Below, in pieces: positions 34,466 to 44,182 of a stretch of DNA of 64,000 bases. Origin of the DNA: Curvularia clavata (Eukaryota); NCBI GenBank assembly GCA_023920165.1, contig CP089276.1:3472001-3536000 (forward strand), read 5' to 3'. The position numbers and the translations under genes were made by a program. Under the pieces are notes generated by a model. The model saw only the letters and a program-made list of their open reading frames with translations. It had not been told where the DNA came from and did no database searches. Positions within the stretch are counted from its first letter, which is position 1. Every line of letters begins with the position of its first letter.

Positions 34466-37235
34466 GAGAACGGGTGATGTTGGTGTGGGGGTTGTAGGGA
34501 GCAGAGAGAGTGGGAATGGGGTTGGGGTTGGGGCTGGTAGAACGAGGGTAAAGCCGACTTTCTAGAACTCAGATGCGGATATTAGATGACAATGTGTTAT
34601 GAATAGAAGAAGATGCTCACATTGGTTCTATCTACAAAGTTGAAGCCACTCTCGTCTTTTTCACATCCCGTCATTCCACACAGGTGCTCATGATATCGGA
34701 AGCGTGGAGTCAAACACTTCTTCCCTCCTCGCTGAATCAACGAAGCCAAACGAACAACCTGATGAACAGCCAAAAAGACGCATTCACAATACCAAATCTC
34801 CAATCTCCGCGTGGGAAACAGTAACCCATTCATTTCTCACTCAGATCGATGTCTCAACCTACCCTTTCCCCATCCCCGCGCTTCTCCTAACCATGTGTTT
34901 CTACCGCGAGATCCACTACTGCATCTGCACCATGTAAATCCAATCATACCCCCTGTTGTCATTTCCCTGCAGATAACTTTCGTACATGCTCAACAAGATT
35001 AAGTTTATCGCCTCGTGCTCCCGCTCTTCCCGGAACCTTCGTTATCTTACCCGTCTTGTTCCACAACGGAAAGACATAAGATTGGAGTTTAAAATGCTGA
35101 TCGAGTCTTCTGGGTTACGAGTAGCGTGTGTCGGTATCTGATTATAGGCAAGGAGTTTATACAAGGGTATGACGGAGGCTGTGAGTGGTGGGATTGTCCT
35201 GGATCTCAGTGCGAGGTTTCTTCTATGCTGTGTCTGGACGGATTAAAAACACTGTTGTTCAGCCCTGGTGATTGTCCATGTTATATGGCCGGTATGGAGT
35301 TGGGTGAGAAGCGTCTTATTATGATTTGGAGCGTAGCGGTTGCGAGTCTGGGCAGTACAGTTGAAATGTCTCCATAGCTTATTTTTACCGGTTATTTCGG
35401 CATTCTGGACTGATTTTGGAAATTATGCACTTTGTCATTCCGTCCAGAGTATATACTTTTAGGCGTCTTTAACATGCCAACCTAAATTCTTCCTGCTTTG
35501 TTGCGGACAAAATGGCGCACTCTTGCTTGATCGAACCCGGTAAGAACCAGGTGTGTTTGAAGATATCTTCTGATTTTGCCCATGAAACATTTTCTTCATC
35601 GTGAGATATGTTGTCTTTCGATACTGTTGTGACAGAAAGTGACCTGTTCGCCGATTTAATATCGTAGATGGCGCTTTGTCCAGCTAGTAGTAGTAGCCAT
35701 GCCAATTGAAATAAACCCCTTCTCTTGACGATGGGTTTAAGTTCCAACATCTGATCTGGAGTTCGCGTGCTAAGAGACGTGGAATATGGCCGCCATTTGG
35801 CTTGTGATGTCATGGATTCTGCTGACTGAGAAAATATCTTGTGTGATGTTTGATGTCTGTAAATGATTCATGGTAATAGATCAATACGGCTTTGCCACTA
35901 AGTGATTCTATCGAAAAGAGTCATTAAGGCACGTTAGACAGCTTTTTGGTTCTTGAATGCCAAGCAGTGTTCGTTTGCAGTGAACAATCAAACAACCAAA
36001 CCATATGGATCTCATCCACCAGTCGAATAGCACCGTATATATGAAAATAATAAATCTCCGAACCCGAGACTGAACAATGTCATGTATATTTCTTAGAGCC
36101 CAGCAATTCTGTATCTCTGATTCGAGGCGATCTCATATCTAATAGCGATCTACAAATCCGGTCGAGTAAAAGGGCCGAGACAAGGAAACGCATGCGGCAC
36201 GGGCTATGATCGCCCTAAATTGGTTTCCTTTGATATTGCTCGCATAGGCAAAAAGATTTGTGGGGTTCCACTGATAGTAATGGCTCCGGGATAAATCCTG
36301 GGTTGTCAGCGGGAATGGTATAGCTGAAACAAGTCTTTCCGCACTATGCTCCGGTAATTCAACATGGCTGACAACTACGTCAAACGTATACAGTACATTC
36401 AGTGCAGCGATCGCTATACTTGGTAACCGCCAAGTACATACGGTCAGTTTCGAAACCCAATTACAGATCCTTTGTCATGCTGGCAGCTCAAGAATCGATT
36501 GTTTCTACCTCTCGTTTACTACTTTTTTTTTCATGCGCTTAATTGTATAAGTCTTGGATGAAACGCTACGGCGCATTGAAACAGGCTAAGGAGTTACTTT
36601 CTTCCGTTTGCACGGTGGTAGTACTTGAGGTGGCAACGTCCCGTGCGAGATGGTCTCGTATCACATGGCGTCGTGTCTGCGCCAGAAGACTGTAGGGATG
36701 CGCCCATAAACTTTCTTCGCGCGGTCCTTAGTCTTTCCAACTCACAAGACATTGGATGTAGCATTGACGGCCTTTTATACGTCGTTTTGCAGTAATAACT
36801 TTTTCCACGGAGTTCTAGTCACTATGTTCAGGGACCTTATCTTACCCTAAAAACTGCCGGCGGCACACACATTAGCCTAGTACATTAGTCAAGTTGCTTG
36901 TTTCTCTATTTCCGAGCCTGATCAGCTTAAGGAGTTTCCGGCTATGTGCACGGGAGACTTTGTGGTCCCCGTATCAGCGAGTCGTTCCTACTATATTCTA
37001 CATAGTGCATATGTACATACTCATGCGTACAGGCGTATATTATTTGACATGATCTGAGTGCTAAAATCTTGGCCTTCGGCGCTTATTTTTCGGATCTACT
37101 TCTCATGTCACGGCAGTTTGAATGTTGTAATGATGTGCTCTTGGGGTTTGGTATATAAGGATGGCTTTTGCGCCACCGAGGATGAAATAGACCAAATCGC
37201 GTGATCTGTCCCTAGGGCCGATTCCTGAGAAAGAA

Positions 37236-38924
37236 ATGGTGGCACTGGATTTTAGAGCAGTATATGCTCTCTTTCCCTTACTTTCGTTTCTTCATGTCTT
37301 GGTGTCTGCAGATGCGATCAACGACCTGGAGGCCAAGGGCCGACCTGCCCTGTATGCTGCGCTGGCAAATTCCACAACTTGCACCAAGGAAAAATTGCAG
37401 GTACGCCGGGAATGGTACGTTCTTTGCTTCTGTTTTTAACCTTGCGGTCTCTGCTTCTTTCCGGAGACTAACAGGATATCAAGGGGCGACCTGCCTGTTA
37501 GCGACAAACTCGCATACATTGCCGCAGTGAAATGCCTTATTAATAACAGACCATCCCAATATGATCGCAACCAGTACCCAGGTGCCAGATCCCGTTTTGA
37601 CGATTTCATTGTCGTTCACATGAAACAATCACAGTATATTCACGGCACTGGAAGTTTTCTCACTTGGCACCGCTACTTCACCGCTGCGTATGAACATGCG
37701 TTGAGAAAAGAATGTCACTACAATGGCACGCAACCGTACTGGCATTGGGGACGCTGGGCCGAGAGCCCACAGACGAGTCCGCTTTTCGATGGCAGCCCTA
37801 CGAGCATCGGTGGCCAGGGAGAGCATGTGCCGCATAATAGTACTCTCAACATAACAGGCGAAGGTGGCGGCTGTATTGCCAGTGGACCATTTAAGGACAT
37901 GAAGGTTAATCTTGGGTAAGTACCACCACATTCCATTTACCACCTAGAATATCACTTGGGTTATATGTATTCCAAACAGCTATTCTTCTATCAAGCTACG
38001 TTACTTGCCTTGCCTCACTAGGTGGATTCCCCAGCAACAATAGTACCGTAGTGGTTTGGCACTACGACTAGTACTGGGTTGCTCGCTAGGGGAGCGTCTT
38101 TCGGCCGTAGAACGACATACCCTTGATTCGATCCGAAGACAGACGTTGGGCAATGGAGGAACTGGCGAGCCGATGGCTTGATTAAAAAAATCAGCACCTT
38201 GAGAAACCGAAGTCTGATTAATCGAACACTGATTTGTTGCCCAATGTCAAAGAATTGCCCCCTATATGGCTCTTCCCTTTCTTTTTTTGTCTGGCGGGCT
38301 TGCACTATCCCAGCAAACTTTTTTGGAATGACAAACGAGCTGACGTATGTCACGCAGACCCGTCTCAATCACGCAGACCCCAGCCCCGGCACGGAACCCT
38401 CGCCCAGACGGATTTGGCTACAATCCTCGTTGTGTCAAGCGCGATATCACCAATATCCTCACTATGCGCTACGCAACAACTGACATGATTTATTCTCTCA
38501 TGACGAATTGTATGGATATCGGGTCTTTCCAAACCAAGATGCAGGGTCCAGAGGGTGTACATGGCGCAGGCCATTTTACCATCGCTGGAGATCCGGGAGG
38601 CGACTTTTACACCTCGCCCGGTGGTATGTCGAGTCCTTATAGCTATCATCGTTTAAGTATCAGCTGACAGATTGTGACACAGACGTGGGTTTCTGGTTTC
38701 ACCACTCAATGATAGACCGTGTGTATACAGGTTGGCAGGGCCTTGACTTTGCGCATAGGCAGCAAGTTATTGCGGGTGTGACGAGAATGAATGACCCAAA
38801 CAGCACCCTGTCGACTCTAGATGATATCATTGATCTGGAAGCGGTCAATATAGAAGGCAAGGCGTACAAGATCAGGGAGCTGGTCAGTACTGTCCAGGGG
38901 CCCTTTTGCTATACGTATGAGTGA
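37236..38924 (+). CDS. Secreted tyrosinase-like di-copper protein; exons 37236-37414, 37484-37915, 38358-38623, 38683-38924
   Basis: Signal peptide, RREW, CuA (VVH...IHGTGSFLTWHR), QPYWHW, YNPRCVKRD, CuB (GVHGAGH...SPGDVGFWFHHSMIDR). The three introns preserve frame. Confidence 0.92.
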
Positions 38925-38980
38925 AACAAGCGTATTTAGCATTGGTTGCGAGACCAATCATTCCAAAACAATCACTTTTA

Positions 38981-39800
38981 CTGGGAAAACACGTAATATT
39001 AGGCATGGTGGTCACAGAAGTCAAGAAAATGTCGCGAACAGTTTGGAGAAAGTAATTTATTGATTCTCGGTCCTCAGATTAGCTCTCCTGCTGTCCTCAG
39101 AAGGAACCTCAATGCCCCTTATTGATCAGTCTTTCGACCTCTCAACAGGCAGCAATCGGGTTCCTCAACTCGACTTTGGCTTTAATGCCCCAACAGGGAC
39201 ATCATCACTGGACCTTTTCTTGCAAAAATCAGAGTCCCACCTACCTGAGCACCAACTCGCAACCAGCTCGTACAGATACTACACCTACTGCACGGCCCCC
39301 CACACTTCCCATGCCTAAAAGGCAAGGGCGCTCAGATTGAAAACTACAATTAGGGTGTCATGAGCGAACATCGTCCTCCAAGCCTCGGGGCAAGGTAGCA
39401 CGGCGCTTCACCGAGAATACTTGTCCTCACCGCGGTGGACGAAATGGCCAGAGCGGTTACGCGAGGGCGAACCCGGTGTTTGCGAAATCACCCGTGACCT
39501 GTCGCTGTGCAATGACAGGTAAGGTGATATGGCAGCATCTAGTATGATGGCGCACTCCCTCCGCTTTCCGTTCTGTTGTCATGCAGTGAGACGCCGGGGG
39601 TGATTAGTCCTCGGCATCTCCTTGTGACGAAGGTTTGTCGTTCATTGGGATCTAACATGTCAGCTGTCCTTCAAAGGATAATAATAATAAGAAAAGCAAA
39701 ACTGGAAAAGCAAGACAGAAAGTAACGCCGGTATAGGGATAGGGGAAACCTACTCGCAACTCGGGTATTGTAGGCGGGTGTGAAGTGGTGAGAGAGAGTT
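38981..39800 (-). ncRNA. Putative spliced non-coding snoRNA host transcript; introns 39753-39652 and about 39244-38981; ends uncertain
   Basis: Intron 1 GTAGGT...pyrimidine tract...GCTGAC...TTAG. Intron 2 CAG|GTAGGT...CCTAAT...TTTTCCCAG. Longest complete ATG ORF seen in the middle exon is 41 aa. Confidence 0.6.
39069..39214 (-). ncRNA. Box C/D snoRNA (146 nt), target not identified
   Basis: Terminal stem GGTCC/GGACC flanks box C GTGATGA (39208-39202) and box D CTGA (39077-39074). Candidate D' TTGA and C' TGAGGA flank a long internal hairpin (GAGGAACC/GGTTCCTT, TGTTGA/TCAATA, GGTC-GAAA-GACT). Confidence 0.78.
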
Positions 39801-40650
39801 TGTGGGTCCAACGCGCCAAAACTTATTGGCAGCGCGCGATCACGAGATGACGCTAGCGGCATGGCATCACGTGACTTACACAGAGCAGCAACTGCAGCGG
39901 TGTCACCGCGCTAATGACGTCGGCTGCATTTCAAACGGCCTGTTATCCACAGCGAAGGTCAAATTACCTGAATCGGAAGCGAGATCTTGGCGGGCCTGCA
40001 ACCTCATAAAAGCAGTACTGCCCTCCACTCTACACAAGCGCCGTTTTCTCATACCCGGCGTTCCGTCCCACAACTACTGTTGATTGAAGTCGTGTGTCTG
40101 TTTGATTTTACCGTCTATTGCCGAAGTTTGCAGTAGAAGTTGCATCATGAACACGGGACTGAAGCTCGTGAAAGCTCGATGAAATTGGCTTTCGTTTGTT
40201 CAGTAAAACTTATTAAAACGAGGACACGTGCATCTAACATCATGGCCGCCTCTGCACCTCCATGTCGCCAGGCCACCTAAATTGGATGCCAGAACAATAC
40301 TCAACCCACTCCACTTGCTTTCATCGACAGCCTCTGAGTGCAACTGTGCAGAGACCTGTTAATTATGAGCGGAGACATTGTATGCACTTTGATGAATCCT
40401 TTTTTGTAAACTTTTGACTTGGTATATACTGCGTGCAGAGTAATACAAAATGCGCTAGGAAAAGATAAACAAGGCGCATGACCTTTTCCAGGCCATGTCC
40501 ACACAGCCAACTCCATCATCCAACAACACTGTACAATTCTGCCTGTCGATTTCCATCCCCAATTTCAGCGCATCCATCAACTTGTAGAATAGAGCGTTTC
40601 CAGGTACGGTGCCTTTTCTGGCCACTGAACTTCAGATATGAGCTCTTCCC

Positions 40651-41806
40651 TTAGAAACGGTCTCTTTGTCTGGCCCTGTAGACGGTGAAGCCCACGTATG
40701 CACCAGTCAGTGCAAGACCGAACAGCACAAACTTTACAAAGGTCCATGTCCAGCTTCCACCACTAGGTCTCTCACGACTCATAGACGACGCAGTCTTCTT
40801 GGTGCCAGTCTCTCCTGACGAAGGGCTTGCTCCAGGGTTCTTCTTGTAGAGGTTTGTGGACTTGACCCAAAGAATGTCGTGGTTGTCAGATAGCTCGCCG
40901 GTCTCGGCAGAGAAGCCTAGGTATGCGACAGGCGGGACTTTGAAGTTAGGAATTTCAAAGCACAGGGTCCATTCGTCTTCGGCCTTGTATTGGATTTCGA
41001 GGCGGAGGTACTGCTCCTGGAAGTAGGTGAGACGGGCTTTGGTTGCGACTTGGGAGTTGCGAATGCCGCGGGCCTAGTTTACTCGTTAGAATGTACAGAC
41101 TCCATAGGAAAGGAGAATTCGCACCGAGCAGCCAGCAAGCTCGTTGGCCTTGCCATCGTTATCCTTATCATATGCCGTGTTTCCATCACCGTTCATAGCC
41201 ATGATATAGGGGAATACAGTGCCTGGGCGGTTATTCTTATAGGTGTCGAAGAAGAGACCAAGACCCTCGAACTTGTCAGCGTGGCCGAAAACATTTCCTG
41301 GCTGCGCGCGCTGCTTGGTGAGCCAAAGGGCAAAGCCGTCGCCATATAGGTTTCCCTGTCCATGAATCTTGAACTCGAACAAAACCTCCCAGTTCGTGGC
41401 CGTTAGAGGGACTCTCGAAAACAGCCAGCCATCGCGCGAGGGCTTGTCCGAAGCAAGTCGAATGTACTTATCAGTCCGAATAATGGTGTCTCCGCCAAAG
41501 TCCCACCAGCGGCTTTGCATGTCCGAATCGAGGTATGGCTATAGCTAGCGTCAGAACAGGGTCCAGGGCTATCCGTATTGTGATCTAGTGGTGGATGCGG
41601 AAAGAGGCGACAACTTACAGGCTCGAGGCTGTGTGTCCGCAGCTATGTATTCATTAGCAACAGTAACTCCTCAACTTTGTGTAGTAACAACCTACCGCAA
41701 TGGCTTTGATATCAGGGTCTTCGATCAGCCCTCCAGACCGCGCCCAAACGCCTGTCCAGCTCCCCGCCAGCAAGCATAGGCTTGTCCATGGCCTCGCAAA
41801 CAACAT
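40651..41806 (-). CDS. L-type (legume-like) lectin membrane cargo receptor, VIP36/LMAN2-like; exons 41806-41696, 41642-41619 (24-nt microexon), 41538-41125, 41073-40651
   Basis: Signal peptide, LRTHSLEPPY, WDFGG, GDGFALWLT, GLGLFFDTYKN, YLGFSAETGELSDNHDI, a C-terminal TM helix and basic tail ...RQRDRF. Confidence 0.92.
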
Positions 41807-42169
41807 GGTCGCACGACGTCCTCTTGCTACGAAGCGGCAATTGGCGCGCAGAAAGAATGGAAGAAGCCTCTGCTCCGGGAATTGACAAACAATAAAACTT
41901 TGGAAAACTGAAGCTACAAGCGCAAGATGGCGGCACAGGTGGGCGACTCGAACGTGCTGGAGTTCTCAAGCTGAGGCTTGGGGATCGGAAAGGCCACTCT
42001 ATCACCTCCGCGTGCAATGCAGGGGTCTTACGTTGCGGACCCACGCTAGCGAGGAACGCCGCTCTTGACGTCGACAACTTTTCCACGATCCACGTACTGT
42101 GACACTGTACATACCCGCAATCCCTACCATCTCTCTACCATATTACTACCAACACATCCGCCTTCCACC

Positions 42170-42527
42170 ATGAATTCGTTAGGACCCAGCGACCCAAAGA
42201 CGGCGGTTATGCGCCAGGTGCAGCAAGAGGCTGCCATGCAAAATGCGCGCATGCTTGTCGAAGTACGTCTACCCATGATGAGCTCTCATGTTGCATAGCT
42301 CTTGGAGAGGAAAAAATCAACATATTGACGCCTTCCAGAAACTCAACGAGCACTGCTTTGAGCGCTGCGTCCCCAAGCCCGGCACATCCCTCTCCAAAGG
42401 CGAAGAAAACTGCTTCACAGCATGCATGGAAAAGTACATGAGCGCATGGAACACCGTCAGCAAGCAGTACGTTGCGAGGATACAGCGGGAAAGTGCCCAG
42501 GGAGGTGCGGCTATTCAGAACTTGTAA
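42170..42527 (+). CDS. TIM13: Mitochondrial intermembrane small Tim chaperone; exons 42170-42262, 42339-42527
   Basis: Twin CX3C (CFERC, CFTAC) and CMEKYMSAWNTVS. Confidence 0.92.
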
Positions 42528-42753
42528 ATGTCACATTGGTGTCAGAGGACGAAAGAAAGCCCGTCTCTGCAGACTCGTAGAGCAGACAGGCTAGACAATG
42601 ACGCTTTTTGGGATGCATGGGCAATACAGGAAAATGGCATCTGTACGAGTATGACGATGTATCGAGACGAAAATGTACTATACAATGTACAACTAGCAGC
42701 ACAAGCTGCATATGAAGATAGGATTCAGCAAAATAGCAAGCTACGACCTTGAT

Positions 42754-43770
42754 CTATTTCTTTCCAAACGACTTCTGTCTCTGTGCATACTCTCTGACAA
42801 TGACGCTGCAGTTGACTTCTTGGCACAATCTCTTTCGCCTATCGGGACTCAGCTTAGTTGCAAATTCCAGACCACTTGCCCTCTCCACGACCTCAATTGG
42901 CACTTCAAAGTCTGTCAACGGCTTGTGGTTTGGAATGACTGCATTTGGCAGCACAAACGCTCCCAACGCAACTTTGCCGCCCTGCTTCCCGTCTTCAGCA
43001 AAGATGACTTTATAGAAGTGGGTAGGTACAGCAACGTTGGGTGGTGAACCAATGACTTCGTAGGAGACACGCCATTTGCCGTCGGCGTCCCGCTTGGGAA
43101 GATATAGTGGACCGGTTACAATGCGCACGGAGGGGTAGTTATGTGTGAGTCGGCGGCAGAAGTCTTCAAAATGGGCCCAGTAATCGCGGTTGAAGCCGTC
43201 GCCCACCTGTGGGCACATATTGCTCAAGGCGAAGGTGTCGTCCATGGCCTCTTGGCTCCACTTTGCGTCTGCAGCGGGCACTTGGTGGCCTCTGTCGTAG
43301 CCACTGCGGAAATAGTCCTTGAGCTTTGCGCGAAACATCTCAGGTATAGTGAGATCCTCAACGAAGACGCTGTGCTTCCGATCCGCATTGTTGTTCGCTA
43401 GCGATTCTGGGGTTATGTGTTCGGCAACCCATGCTGGGTTTCGCGTCCGTCGGTCGTAGGACGATGTGAGAGAGGCGGCAGGGCGAAGATCATTGACAGG
43501 CCCGGGAAATCCATATTGGAAGATACCACTGGGGTCTACAAGCGCTCTTTGGGCGACAGCGGTAGGTGAGAATGCGGGGACCGCGGGGACTGGGGGAACT
43601 GGGACGGCTGGTGCTGTTCGGGCGGATCCAGTCACGGTTGTGGTTGTCCTCGTTGTGACAGCTGGCGGAGGTTGAAAGGTATCCTTCTTGGTCGAGTATA
43701 GTGCTGCGGTTACTGCAGCTCCGGCTGCTGCGCCGCCTGCACCGATCAAGGCGAATGTGAGTTTCGACAT
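42754..43770 (-). CDS. NUC1: Mitochondrial nuclease (endonuclease G family)
   Basis: YGFPGP, SGYDRGHQVPAAD, LSNMCPQVG.GFNRDYW, VPTHFYKV. Confidence 0.95.
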   Translation of the reverse strand: MSKLTFALIGAGGAAAGAAVTAALYSTKKDTFQPPPAVTTRTTTTVTGSARTAPAVPVPPVPAVPAFSPTAVAQRALVDPSGIFQYGFPGPVNDLRPAASLTSSYDRRTRNPAWVAEHITPESLANNNADRKHSVFVEDLTIPEMFRAKLKDYFRSGYDRGHQVPAADAKWSQEAMDDTFALSNMCPQVGDGFNRDYWAHFEDFCRRLTHNYPSVRIVTGPLYLPKRDADGKWRVSYEVIGSPPNVAVPTHFYKVIFAEDGKQGGKVALGAFVLPNAVIPNHKPLTDFEVPIEVVERASGLEFATKLSPDRRKRLCQEVNCSVIVREYAQRQKSFGKK

Positions 43771-44182
43771 GGCTGCGCTTCTATCCTCTAAGGTACGGGT
43801 CGCACTGAGTTGAAGTGGGCGCAAAGGCCTCTTATGAGCAAAAGGGTGCCCCCACTGTCCGGCGTCCTGTCCGGCGCGTGAGAAGTGTCTCAGACGCGTC
43901 TACCCGTGTCCGTATGGTTTGCTGGCGGCTGCTGCTATCCAGGTGGTCATCTGCGTTTTCTCAAAGGAGGGTTCAACCGATACCGTATACGCACTAGCGC
44001 CGACAACTCGATGCGGCTGCCAACACTTTCAGCATGACGAAAAATCATCCACCACAGCGCTCTCTCATTTCATAGAATTCCGGGCGGTTTTTCTTTCTGT
44101 TCTTCAGTTTTCGTTTCTTGTATGGCCATAACATCGTAGACCTGGCGCACGTTTTCACGCTGTGCGACTCAATATCACCACC

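Noticed and set aside
35469..35813. 114-aa minus-strand ORF upstream of the tyrosinase
   Set aside because: No domain, signal or splice support; consistent with a chance ORF.
38160..38230. Hammerhead ribozyme-like CTGGCGA...GAAAC and CTGATTA...GAAC in the tyrosinase intron
   Set aside because: The core CUGANGA is violated in both cases and stem II is not directly followed by GAAA.
39350..39358. Telomerase RNA template (ACCCTAA on minus)
   Set aside because: Only one repeat unit with no alignment region (TAACCCTAA absent), and no pseudoknot was identified.
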